From assembly GCA_964016885.1 (NCBI GenBank), contig CAXHJY010000365.1, positions 1-50,915 of the forward strand: a DNA stretch of 50,915 nt. The letters run 5' to 3'. The translations under genes were made by a program, and so were the position numbers. This document shows positions 1 through 13,778 of the stretch, in pieces. The notes below the pieces were generated by a model. That model made no database searches, was not told the origin of the DNA, and saw only the letters and a list, made by a program, of their open reading frames with translations. Each line of letters starts with the position of its first letter. The stretch's first letter is position 1. The stretch is from Eledone cirrhosa (lineage: Eukaryota).

Positions 1-63
1 ACTGCAGCACATACATTACAGAAATAACACACACACACACATACACACACACACACACATACA

Positions 64-161
<98 letters not shown>

Positions 162-263
162 CCACATACATATTATATACACATATATAAACACACATAT
201 AAACACATTATATTATGGTTAGTTCTGGAGTAGATTATTTGTTTGGGTATATATATATATATA

Positions 264-298
<35 letters not shown>

Positions 299-340
299 CA
301 AACACATAATGATTACATATATGCATGATTACATATATGC

Positions 341-374
<34 letters not shown>

Positions 375-393
375 GCATATATGTAATCATGTG

Positions 394-454
<61 letters not shown>

Positions 455-557
455 TTATATAAATAAATATATATATATATTTATATATATATATATATAT
501 ATAAATATATATACATGTATAAATATATATATATATATATATATAAATATATATATT

Positions 558-588
<31 letters not shown>

Positions 589-778
589 GTGTGTGTGTGT
601 TTGTGTATGTCTGTTTAACTATTATACGCATGTAAAAGGAGAGTGGATGGGGAAATGACGGAAAGAGAAGTGAAAGATTAAAAAACAGAAACTTGAATAT
701 AGATGATAAACCTAAAATTTAGTTCATATGATGTCCCGTTAACACACAGACACAGACACAAACACACACACACAGACA

Positions 779-847
<69 letters not shown>

Positions 848-1163
848 ACACACACGCACACGCGCAAATACATATATACACATGCAAATACATACAGGTA
901 TACAAGCTCCACAAACATAAGCCTACACTGAAATACATTTAAATACAGAGAGACACGCAAAAGTATTAGGAATATAACATCCTTACAGGACACAATATTG
1001 AAAAAAGTTAGTGAATATGATGCATTCGTGGATAGATGGCGTGAGTGTGTGAGAATGGGATTCAGCGATTATGAATATATAAGTTATCGTAAAAATGACA
1101 TGTGACAACTTATACTTCTCTCTCATCGTCTGTAGTTCTATCTACGTCTGTTTCTCTCTCTTC

Positions 1164-1200
<37 letters not shown>

Positions 1201-1424
1201 ATATATATATATAATATATATATATATGCATATGTATATATATATATATATATATATTATGTACTGTATATGTAATATTATAAAGGAAATAGACACACGC
1301 GTACACACACACACTCATACACACGTATATATATATGTATCAGAAGATCCCGTTAAGGGTGAAAGCAGGGATTCTTTGCTTAAACTTTAATCTGTTTATT
1401 TTAATAAATATGTATATATATATA

Positions 1425-1466
<42 letters not shown>

Positions 1467-1469
<3 letters not shown>

Positions 1470-1573
1470 AACGAGTAGGACCCCTACTCGTTCCTATTAC
1501 CCACTCTACTACCCTAAGTATTGAGTACTTTGTTGCGTTATGGTCCACCTGGTTCCTTACCACATTTCCTTCG

Positions 1574-1575
<2 letters not shown>
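1467..1575 (+). mobile_element. Same family, shorter fold-back
   Basis: Hairpin TAGGAACGAGTAGG-acc-CCTACTCGTTCCTA followed by the same tail as 1821-1900. Confidence 0.65.
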
Positions 1576-1661
<86 letters not shown>

Positions 1662-1708
1662 TGTATATGTATGTACATATATATATATATATACTATATA
1701 TATATATA

Positions 1709-1896
1709 TAGGAAAAAGTATGACCCCGACGGCAGAGCTCAAGCCGTTTCGACGGCTATTTCTGGACTCATAAATAGCCGCCGAAACGGCTTGAGCTCTG
1801 CCGTCGGGTCATACTTTCCTATTACCCACTCTACTACCCTAAATATTGAGTACTCTGGTGCGTTATGGTCCATCTGGTTCCTTACCACAATTCCTT

Positions 1897-1900
<4 letters not shown>
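1709..1900. mobile_element. Short fold-back element, 'GAGCTC-loop' family (partial hammerheads)
   Basis: Inverted repeat 1709-1821, each arm with GAA-ACGGC-ttgagctct-GCCGT-C-GGG(G)TC. Tail ATTACCCACTCTACTACC..TATTGAGTACT..CCTTACCACA. In (TA)n. Confidence 0.7.
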
Positions 1901-1963
<63 letters not shown>

Positions 1964-2345
1964 CACACACGTGTTTGTGTGTGTGTGTGTAAATATGTGC
2001 GTGTGTGCCTATGTGTGTTTATACTGATTGACAGACACACTAAACCGAGGTAGTCACACTCATGAAAAAACCATATACATATATATTGCATCGTAGTGAC
2101 GTTTACTTTTGAATATTTGTAAATGAGGAATAAATGTGACACAGGCAATACCACGTTCACGCGTCAAAAGCTTTAATATTCGTCCAGAAAGTAATATAGA
2201 CATTTTAGTTATATGTGATGTCAGATAAAATCAAATGACATGTTAAATATTTTATCATAGATATGCAAATTATCGGATTTTTATCATATTTGCATACACA
2301 TACACGCGCGCGTAGCGTTAACCCCATATACATATAACATCGTAT

Positions 2346-2379
<34 letters not shown>

Positions 2380-2483
2380 ATATACATATATAAATATGTA
2401 TATATATATTTATTTATTTATTTATATATATATATATCTTTATTTATATATATATATATCATATATAAATATGTATATATATA

Positions 2484-2525
<42 letters not shown>

Positions 2526-2541
2526 AGAGAGAGAGAGAGAG

Positions 2542-2591
<50 letters not shown>

Positions 2592-2665
2592 ATATATATG
2601 GGGATGGGCTACTGTGTTTGAAGATACGAGTATGTGTATACTCATATATATATATATATATATAG

Positions 2666-2700
<35 letters not shown>

Positions 2701-2981
2701 AGTATTTGCAAGTCTATATGTAGTATAGAAAAATTATTATGAATATATTGTCTTTTGAAATGTCCACTTTTGTCTTCATATAGATTTTCATGTTGATATA
2801 CTACCAGTATATATTATACGTACATACATACATACGTACATACATACATTATACATACATAGAAATCGGGAGAGAACGAGAGGGAGAGAGCGATAGGGCG
2901 AGAGAGCGATAGGGAGGGGAGCTAGAGGGAGAGAGAGGGAGAGAGCTAGAGGGAGGGGGAGAGAGAGTGAGCTACACAGAG

Positions 2982-3042
<61 letters not shown>

Positions 3043-3330
3043 AGAGGGAGGGAGAGAGATAGAGCGAGAGTGAGGGAGGGAGGTGAGCTAGAGGGAGGAG
3101 AGAAAGGGTGAGCTAGAGGGAGGGAGAGAGAGGGAGTGAGCTAGATGGAGAGAGAGAGAGCCAGAGGGAGGAAGAGAGAGAGAGAGAAGGAGCTGTAAAC
3201 GGTTGATTCAGTCTACAGTGAAGTGACAGGAGATGATACGCCTTCTAACGATCAACGAAACCTCAACTGTCCTAACAATGTATATATATATATTGATATA
3301 TATATGATATATATATATACATACACACAC

Positions 3331-3395
<65 letters not shown>

Positions 3396-3910
3396 ATATG
3401 TATGCTACATATGATATATAAATATATATATATAATTATATATTTATATGATATATCAACGAGCATTATAATAAATGCTCGGTGAATTCATACGTACGTA
3501 TATATAAGTGTGCATGTACTGTATATATATATACATACTACTGTACGTCTGTATACATATATGTATGTACGTGTACATACTTATATGATGATATATCATA
3601 TATATATATAATTATATATATATTTTACTTATATATATATATATATAATATATATATATATACTATATATATATATATATATATATATAATCTTTTCCTG
3701 GGTCCTGTATTTTCGTTGCTCTAGTGATGATGCGGCTGGACTGCCGATCGCTATATTTGATTTGTTAAGCTGTCCTAAACGTATTGTTATTACTCTGGGG
3801 TACTTTTCCCCATGCGAGTGCTAAAGCTACAGACCGAATTTGCATTCGTTAGCTTGGCCGCAACTAAGGCTTCGTTAATGCTGTACTAAAATTATATATA
3901 TATATATATA

Positions 3911-3965
3911 GGAAAGGAGTCAGGACCCCCAACGGCTGAGCTCCGACCGTTTCGACCGCTCTTTT
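3911..3965 (-). mobile_element. Same family, hammerhead 3'-half fragment
   Basis: Minus strand reads GAAACGGTCGGAGCTCAGCCGTTGGGGGTCC, between TA repeats. Confidence 0.5.
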
Positions 3966-4040
3966 TATATATAAATATATATGTGTGTGTGTGTGTCTGT
4001 GTGTGCGCGCGCGTGTGTGTGTGTGTGTGGTGTGTGTGTG

Positions 4041-4076
<36 letters not shown>

Positions 4077-4439
4077 CCAGCTGAATAATATTTAAAAGGA
4101 AAAGTATTTTTTCTCAACAGAACGATAATTACAGCGACTACGTCAACGACGGCGAGTATCAGCACCACTACGACGACGTCGATGATGACAACGTTGACAA
4201 CGACGAAACATGGGCAACAGTGACAACGAACCATAGGAATATCCATCTGTCAAGTCGATATATTATGTATCTGCTAAGTTGACAGCTGTCGAGAGGCAGA
4301 ATAAAGCGATTAGAGTTATCGGTCGTTGCTTCACATAATCCATTCTCTTTCCATTCCTACCATATTCAATCTCTCAATTTTCTCACCTCTCTCTCTATAT
4401 ATCTCACTCTCTCTCTCTCTATCTCTCTCTCCCCCCCCC

Positions 4440-4496
<57 letters not shown>

Positions 4497-4734
4497 TTTC
4501 TTTCTCTCTCACTCTCTCACCCACTCTTTCTCACTATCTCTTTCATCCTCTCTCTCCATCCCTCACTCTATTACATTCTATCTTTTCCTCCCTTTTCTCT
4601 CGGTGTGTATATGCGCACACACACGCACACGAATGCACGCACTCAGACACACACATACATACATTAATTTATGTTTATATGCATATATACATATAGAATA
4701 TGTGTGTATGCATACGCACATTTATATATATATA

Positions 4735-4785
<51 letters not shown>

Positions 4786-4790
4786 TACAC

Positions 4791-4824
<34 letters not shown>

Positions 4825-4833
4825 ATATATATA

Positions 4834-4876
<43 letters not shown>

Positions 4877-5004
4877 ATATTTATATATTTACATATATAA
4901 ATTTCCATATATATATATATATATATTTTACATATATATTATTTACATATATATTTACATATATATATATATTTACATATATATTATTTTACATATATAT
5001 TTAC

Positions 5005-5065
<61 letters not shown>

Positions 5066-5095
5066 TTCGTTATTTCTTGGGCGATTCTCGATAAT

Positions 5096-5144
<49 letters not shown>

Positions 5145-5265
5145 TATAGATATATACATATATATATACATATTTATATATAAATATATACCTATCTTCC
5201 ACTTTCGATATATATTCATATATATTTCCCTCTCTCTCTCTCTCTCTCTCTCTCCCCTCTCTCTC

Positions 5266-5301
<36 letters not shown>

Positions 5302-5425
5302 TCTCTCTCTTGTTCTCTCTCTCTCGTCTTCTCTACCCTGTTTAAAAAGCTGTATCAGTAAATTGCTTCAGTGGTCATCATGTGTTTAATGCTGATGCTG
5401 CAGGCAGGTGATAGTATTCAAGTTA

Positions 5426-6255
5426 GTGGTGATTGTGGTGGTGGTGGTGATTGTGGTGGCGATGGTGGTGGTGATGGTGGTGGTGGTGGTGGTGGTGATG
5501 GTGGTGGTGATGGTGGTGATGGTGGTGATGGTGGTGGTGGTGGTGGTGGTGGTGGTGGTGGTGGTGGTGATTGTGGTGGTGGTGGTGATGGTGGTGGCGA
5601 TGGTGGTGGTGATGGTGGTGGTGGTGGTGGTGGTGGTGGTGGTGATTGTGGTGGTGGTGGTGATGGTGGTGGTGATGGTGGTGGTGGTGGTGATGGTGGT
5701 GGTGGTGGTGGTGGTGGTGATTGTGGTGGTGGTGGTGATGGTGGTGGTGGTGGTGGTGATTGTGGTGGTGGTGGTGATGGTGGGTGGTGATGGTGGTGGC
5801 GATGGTGGTGGCGATGGTGGTGATGGTGGTGATGGTGGTGGTGGCGATGGTGGTGGTGATGGTGGTGGCGATGGTGGTGGTGATGGTGGTGATGGTGGTG
5901 ATGGTGGTGGTGGCGATGGTGGTGGTGATGGTGGTGGCGATGGTGGTGGTGATGGTGGTGATGGTGGTGGTGATGGTGGTGGCGATGGTGGTGGTGATGG
6001 TGGTGGCGATGGTGGTGGTGATGGTGGTGATGGTGGTGATGGTGGTGGCGGTGGCGGTGGTGATGGTGGTGATGGTGGTGATGGTGGTGGTGGTGGTGGT
6101 GATGGTGGTGGTGATGGTGGTGGTGGTGGTGGTGATTGTGGTGGTGGTGGTGGTGATTGTGGTGGTGGTGGTAGTGGAGCTGGTTGTGGTGATGGTGGTG
6201 GTGGTGGTGGTGGTGGAGGTGGCTATGGTGGTGGTGGTGGTGGTGGCGATGGTGC
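5426..6255 (+). repeat. Compound (GGT)n/(GAT)/(GGC) trinucleotide repeat, ~830 bp
   Basis: Direct reading, with a frame-shifting GGG at ~5782 and a degenerating right edge. Confidence 0.95.
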
Positions 6256-7060
6256 TGGTGGTGATACTGGTTGCGATGGTTCTCATTGTCATCGTTGTCA
6301 ATAGTGTTGGCGGAGGTAATGGTGGTACTGATTTAAATGGTGCAGTCGGTGCTGGCTTCTACGATACTGTTGGTGGATGATAATGCAGTGGTGTTGGTGG
6401 TGGTGGTGGTGGCGGTGGTGGCGGTGGCGAATAAGTTTGTCGTTGTATTCTGGTGATATTAATGATGTTAGTAGTGTTGTTGAGCCGGACGATTTGATGA
6501 TGTTGATGTTGTTGATGTTGCTGTTGATAGTGTCAGTTAGTTTGAAGTCGAATGCGGAGTAAGAAGGTGGCGAACACGAAGATCGCTTTTTATCGACGAA
6601 ATATCACTAGATTATTTAAATCATGACAGGCCGTGATCTCATTGAACCCACTGGATTAATTCAAAAGCTGCTTCAATAACTACCATACGCAATGACGCTG
6701 AAGGGCATATACGTATTCATATATATATATATATAAACATATATACACACAGAGACGTATGTGTATGTGTGTACATTATATTATGTATATGTATATACTC
6801 ACACACACATATATATATATACACACATACACACACAGATATATATAAAAGAAAACTTTTTTTCACTCTACATGGCTGAATACAATAAATGTAATCTGAG
6901 TTATTCGAATATTAATAATAACATTCGATTCGTTTGCAATTATGCAAACACGCCTCAATTTTATAGCCATGTCAGTAGAATGAACACTTCATTCCTGTTC
7001 ACATGCCAACACAAGAGCAAGAATGAATTGTTCATTCTACTGACATGGCTATAAAATTGA

Positions 7061-7290
7061 AGGCTGGGACGCCATGTTTGACGCGTAGAGTTACGGCCCT
7101 TGCCATTCTGAGTTCAAATCCCGCCGAGGTTAACTTTGCCTCTCATCCTTACGGGGTCGATAAAATAAAGTACCAGTAATACACTGGGTAATTGCTGGCC
7201 TTGTGCCAAAAGTAGAAACTATTATTGCCTTTCATCCTTACGGGGTCGATAAAATAAAGTACCAGTAATGTACTGGGTATTTGCTGGCCT

Positions 7291-7296
<6 letters not shown>
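7061..7296 (+). mobile_element. tRNA-derived SINE plus tandem partial 3' copy
   Basis: B-box GAGTTCAAATCC and core TTTGCCT(T/C)TCATCCTTACGGGGTCGATAAAATAAAGTACCAG. The 3' part is repeated at 7227-7296. Confidence 0.8.
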
Positions 7297-7328
<32 letters not shown>

Positions 7329-7480
7329 TGGAGACCTGTAACCGATAAAAAAATATTATTTAGACGTATTGTCCCCATATTTACAGATTTCCTTTTTACT
7401 CCTCATTTCAACATTTGGAGATTCAATGACGTATTTCCATTTCTCATCATTCTGTTTAAAAGCACTCAGAGAGAATAGCT

Positions 7481-7940
7481 ACCTATTCACCACGATAGGC
7501 GCTGAGCTGGCCAACCGCAGGTGTGGAGACTTCTGGTGTCCTTGGCCCTAGGGATACCTCCCTATTCACCACGATAGGTGCTGAGCTGGCCAGCCGCAGG
7601 TGTGAGCCTCGCCAGTTGGAATGGCTCTTCCAGCGCATCTCCCTTACCATCCTCCGGGGAAACGCCTTCTCCATTCTGTCCGCCGGGGGCTGTGGGGAGG
7701 CCAGCACGTGGGACCCCATTTTCTCTCCATACGGAGAGATGGGCAGGGCGAGAGAGATGGGGAGGGCGAGAGAGATGGAGGCTATGACAGTGGGAGTTCG
7801 GCTCTTCCGCAGTCGGACCATATCCTTGTGGTTGTGTTCATTAAGCTATAACTAAATGATTGTATGGTCACATAGTGTTTCAGCTTGGATGTTATTATTG
7901 TTAGATTTTGTTACAATTGTCAAAGACAGAGAGTATTATA
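7481..7940 (+). mobile_element. 3' fragment of an RLE-type (CRE-like) non-LTR retrotransposon
   Basis: VETSGVLGP...EPRQLEWLFQRISLTILRGNAFSILSA resembles the CRE-clade ORF C-terminus. GC-rich island. 3' boundary approximate. Confidence 0.6.
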
Positions 7941-8374
7941 AAATACTTGTCCCTACAGCCAGTTAATCGTTTCATTTCTTATAAGAAAAAAGAAGTTCTG
8001 ACGAGAAAACTCAAGTTGTTCGATTATCTCGCATATGCCTTCATTAATAATATCTTCGGCTTAACGCTAATGTGGTGACTGGTCAACTACCGACATTATT
8101 CGAGTATATATTAAATCGTGACCTGCTGAAACACACCTCCACCTTCACACCCGCACCTTCATTAAGAACACTTATATATAACAATACATTTTGACAGAAA
8201 ACTCACTCATATTCAAACTGCTCACAGAATACAAGAAAAAACCTTTTTAGAATCTTTAATATTGAATATTTGATAAGAAAACGTAATTAAAGAAAACGTA
8301 ATCTTAAAATATACTCCTGTGAGATTTCGCTTTCCCTATTTAGCTATACGCGTTGTTTTCTATGAAACCTCCCC

Positions 8375-8452
<78 letters not shown>

Positions 8453-8713
8453 TAGCGGTTACCCGGCCTTCAGCCCTTTTGTACTGTGCTCAAATTTATT
8501 GGAATCTATTGTCACCTATTGCAATCTATCGTGATACCCATTTTCCTTAAAATAAAAGATTTTAAACGGTATTTAAATATTGTATTACATAATTTTAAAA
8601 ACTTATATAGAATATTTAAATATAGAAAGTAATAAAGAAAATAATAAAAAAATGTATTCTGCGAAAATGATAAAACACTATCTGTAGACTGGTTTTCCTT
8701 GGGACATAGCGAA

Positions 8714-8832
<119 letters not shown>

Positions 8833-9124
8833 AGCAACAACAACAAAAACAACCTGTCCTTATAGTGAAAGTCTTTTTTAAAGTTTATTTTGCGTTGTCT
8901 GTAAGTTGAACGACATACAGAAACAGATACACCCAGAAATACGCAAACATACAGAAACACACACGTACACACTCACACACGTACACACTCACACCATAAA
9001 ATTTCCATATTTTCGTTTGTTCATATGATACATTTTAATTAGTAAGAGAGAGGAGCAAGTTGAGTAGTATTTCCATCCCTCTATAGACAATGTGTAACGG
9101 GTGGACAGACATACACGCTTCTTA

Positions 9125-10235
9125 TTATAGAATAGATTCATAGAACTTCAGTATATACAATGTTCTTAACCTTTTTCTTCGGAGAATATATGAAACGGAA
9201 CAACCATTAAACAACTGGCCATGTAAGAAACAGCCCTCTTCTAAATGGAAACCGACAACATATAGTGTTTGACCTTGGGATTTTTTGATGGTCATTGCGT
9301 ACCAGACTCCCACTAGGAATTGCAATCGTTTGAAATGAAAAGGGACATCTGTTGATATTAGTGGCATTCTAGTTATAAGTACGATGTCTCCCGTACCACA
9401 ACAAGAGAGGATTTTGTCTTCCATAATGTAAGGTTGAAGTTCAGTCAAAACCACATGCGTCCCATTCCATAATTTTGTCTGATCCAGGTTTCCAAGAAGC
9501 ATGATGGCTGCACCCTTATTCAATTCAGAGTTCTGCGGCGGCATACGGCCCGGTTCCAGAATTTTGATAAATTCAACGGGATAATAAACAGCTGCTTCCT
9601 CATCGACATATTTAGTTTTGGCTACCTCCAGGGATCATTTGTGAAAGTTTTGTTCATAGTAATTACTGTGATGTTTCGGGGACGAGGACTGCCCTTTCGC
9701 TCAGCCACTCCCCGTTGGAATGGTGGATTTCGAAATTGGGGAACATTAATTAAACTATCAACGCTTTTCACAACATTAGCAAATGATGAAGGGTCAAAAT
9801 ATCCTTTAGTATCAAGGGATATTTTGCTTTCACCAAGTTTCAGACACTTTTGAACAACCTCTGCAAAAATATTGTCGCCGTGAGGTTGTGCCCGCATGTT
9901 GGTTTTTAAATTGAGTTTTGTGATACATGGCCATATAGTTCACGATTTTTTAGACAATCTCGAACTTTATCGGTGTGATTGTTATCTGATATCGCAGGTA
10001 AATTTTTGGGAAGTCCCCTGATGAAACGACAGTGATTCCACTAATCATTGTTGGACTATTCTGGATATCTTTCCGGATATCTTTCTGTCCAAAGTCTCCT
10101 GAGTTCTTCTTTATATGCCACATGGACATTTCATTGAAACTAACGCTCAAGTTTAATTTGAGAGCAGAATGATCTGTCCGACCTCCAAGTAAAAGTGTTG
10201 CGGTAATTCCAGATGAAGCAACCGCTAGAGCTATC
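9125..10235 (-). pseudogene. Helitron RepHel PIF1-like helicase remnant
   Basis: IALAVASSGITATLLLGGRTDHSALKL; GITVVSSGDF; GAAIMLLGNLDQTKLWNGT; FKRLQF..AMTIKKSQGQTL..HGQL (PIF1 helicase motifs). Frameshifted. Confidence 0.9.
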
Positions 10236-10440
10236 ACTCTCTTTCTCTCCCTCTCTCCCTCTCCCACACTCCCCCTCCCCCTCTCTTCTTTCTCTCTCTC
10301 TCTTTCTTTCTCTCTCTCCCTCTCTCATTAACTCTTTCTCATTCTCTCTCAACATCTATCTATCTCTGTATTTGTACGTGTTTTTGCTATCAGTATATAT
10401 CTTTCTCTATATATATATTCTTTATATATATATATATATA

Positions 10441-10940
10441 AAATCAAGTCATTAGAGATATACTTAACTGCTTTACGATCGTTTCTAGGTAATGATAATA
10501 CATTGTAGCTATACTCCGTTATTGATCTATGTAAGGTTAGTTACAAAATATCAGATAAAGAGAATATTTACTTACATGCATATCACCAGCTGTTTTCAAA
10601 AGCAATAATAATTTTATTCAGAATTAGTAGTATGTTAGTATCTTGTCCTTGTTTGGTGTGTGGAAGAACTAACCAATCAAATCGTTTTTTTCATATGGTG
10701 TTAAGATGAAAAGTAATACACTTTAGTTGAGGTCATGACCCTTTGAAAGGAATGGTTGAATGGTGTTAATAGTAGAATTGGCATAAAAATCTATTAGGAG
10801 GAAAGGGATTGTCAAACTGATAGTTGAATGTATCTGGTATAGTGAAGTTTAAAAGGGATGTAAAAATAAAAATAAATGTAAAAATAAATGGTGATTAGTG
10901 TTGTATTGAGTTTTAGGTGAATATAAATTAAAATTATGGC
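10441..10940 (-). mobile_element. Degenerate pLTR related to the 28.5-32.3 kb element
   Basis: Shares ACGATCGTTTCTAGG, long stem-II spacing and GTTTGG..AACCAAT motifs with 28566-29100. Core decayed to UUGAAAA. Right boundary approximate. Confidence 0.55.
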
Positions 10941-11333
10941 TAGGAAAGATAGTATATTAAAAAAGGAAAATTATAATAAGATAATGAAATAAGGTAATGC
11001 GATAATATACAACATAACCAACACAATATAGTACGGTGTGGTAAATTGCACCATATGATACGCTCTAAAATACTATCAAGTATATTTATGTATAAATAAT
11101 CAAACTCAGATAAATACATGTTGGCATAGTTAAAACACATACATTTCATAGATTACAAAGTGCATATATCCACACTATATGTAGAGAGGTACAGTTATAT
11201 TGATATCCAACCAAAAATATACATACGCACAAATAGATGCAAACCTAAATACACATTTACACATGTGCACATAATCATATACACACACATATCCATACAT
11301 ATCTATATCAACATTTACACACCTATACCTACC

Positions 11334-11366
<33 letters not shown>

Positions 11367-11537
11367 ATATATATATACATATATATATATACACACACAT
11401 ATATATATGTGTGTATGTACACACCTCATACATGTACACACACTCATATATAAACACTCATACACATATACTCACATATACACACACACAAACACATATA
11501 TATATATATATACACATACACACACACACACACATGC

Positions 11538-11568
<31 letters not shown>

Positions 11569-11659
11569 CACATACATAAATATATATATACACACACATA
11601 AATATATTTCCATATCATAGATAGATAGATATTTTTACTCATGCAATATATATATATAC

Positions 11660-11993
<334 letters not shown>

Positions 11994-12110
11994 TATATAT
12001 ATGTCTGATGATATAATGCTCTGATTTTTTAATTTATTAATTCTTCATAGAGCTTAAAAGTGAACAGTTGCAACACATATATATATCTATAACTTTATGT
12101 ATATGTTAAC

Positions 12111-12214
<104 letters not shown>

Positions 12215-13475
12215 GTATGTGTCTGTGTGTCTGTATTAGTACAACAAATCCAATTCTCACTAACAATCGTTATGTTATATATATATATCTAGGTCTTGAG
12301 CTGATGTCACAATAAAACTTCAGTAATACTAAGAAAAATCAACGAATGTTCTTAAATTCTACTGAGCATTGTAAAATATATGAAAATTCTCTGAATGTTT
12401 TATTGAAGATGTTGTTCTGCATCGAGAGAATGGAGAAATGCTTGTGTTTTGTTACGGTTCATATAGATATTGAGAAATATACATACCTCTATTGATGTTG
12501 ATAATACTGGTGCCAATATCTCGGGGTAGTTGTTGGTTTTTTATTTGGTATGTCAAACCCTAACTTCTTTCACCATATCTGTTCGTAGAAAAGCTTCAAA
12601 GGTTTTATAGAAAATATTTGTGTACCTTATTTTACACAACATACTGTTAGATATTATATAATAAAGGTACAGTATTTGATACTGTCAAATAAATATAGGC
12701 CATAAATATATCAGTACTTTTACTATCAGTATGTTTCATTTACTTCAAATATGGGATTTAATCTAGCAGAGACACAATGTTAGAAGTATTTCAATTGATT
12801 TTATCAGAACACAATTGTTAACTGGCATTTATGTATCGATTCCGTAAGGGTGAAAGACAAAGATGACTTATCGGTCATTTTAACTCCATACAAAATGTGA
12901 CGTATACACATATTCCACTCTCTCTGCTAGTTTACACACGCACATACACACACACACACTCATACACGTCCACATACACCTCACACTCATACATACAGGC
13001 ACATACATACGCGCGCTCGCGAGTCTGTCACACAAGGCTTTGTGTGACACACTCGTGATCATAGAGCTGGTTGTTCAATTCCTTGACTTGATCATCTGCT
13101 GTTCAATATACATTATTTCACGTTGTTCTGTCTGCCAGGATTTGCAGCCAACAATTAGTATTTGCAATGAAAAACCAATGATAACATTGTTTCCTTCGTC
13201 GAATCTCACGATCATTTTCTTTCCATTAGTCTTTTTACATATTTTTCTATTTGTTTCAACTCTACTTATTGTCTTCTAAATATGCTGAGGCTAAATATTA
13301 ATAATTTACGCAATAATTCTTGTCAGCATAATACATGTCATATTTTGTTTCATATCTTTATATTTTGTTTTCCATCCGCATTTTCATTGTTACAGGTTGC
13401 AACATGATTTATTAGTTAAATTCGTTAATACTTGTAGACATAACTTTTTGCAAAATACAGATGTAAATTTTCTAA

Positions 13476-13518
<43 letters not shown>

Positions 13519-13617
13519 GCTGCCATCATATGATGCATGTGCAAAAATAACACTAGATTATTAGACATAGCAAAGTAAACACTCGTCTATAAGAGTTCAA
13601 TCATCTGTTCATCTTAC

Positions 13618-13778
13618 TTGATCATAATGAGGTGGTAGCCTTTGGCTACCTATTGCAACTTTTGCCAATCTGTTTGCAGTTGGCAATTTTACGCTACCTA
13701 GTTTTCCTTTATTCGGCGTTGATGGACATTTGCGAAATTGTAGATTTTTCTGTAAATTAAACCTCTTGTTCTCATTAT
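13618..13778 (-). CDS. Possible isolated host coding exon, product unknown
   Basis: tttgtgatAG|ATAATGAG...GATCAA|GTaaga, open frame DNENKRFNLQKNLQFRKCPSTPNKGKLGSVKLP...HYDQ. No recognisable domain. Confidence 0.2.

Noticed and set aside
16-5202. Many [12 protein letters not shown] ORFs here and throughout the window
   Set aside because: Translations of (TA)n, (CA)n and (GA)n microsatellites.
5371-6380. Gly-rich, Val-rich and His/Thr-rich ORFs of up to 298 aa
   Set aside because: All frames are open because the region is a GGT/GAT repeat. There is a frameshift in the middle and no unique coding signature.
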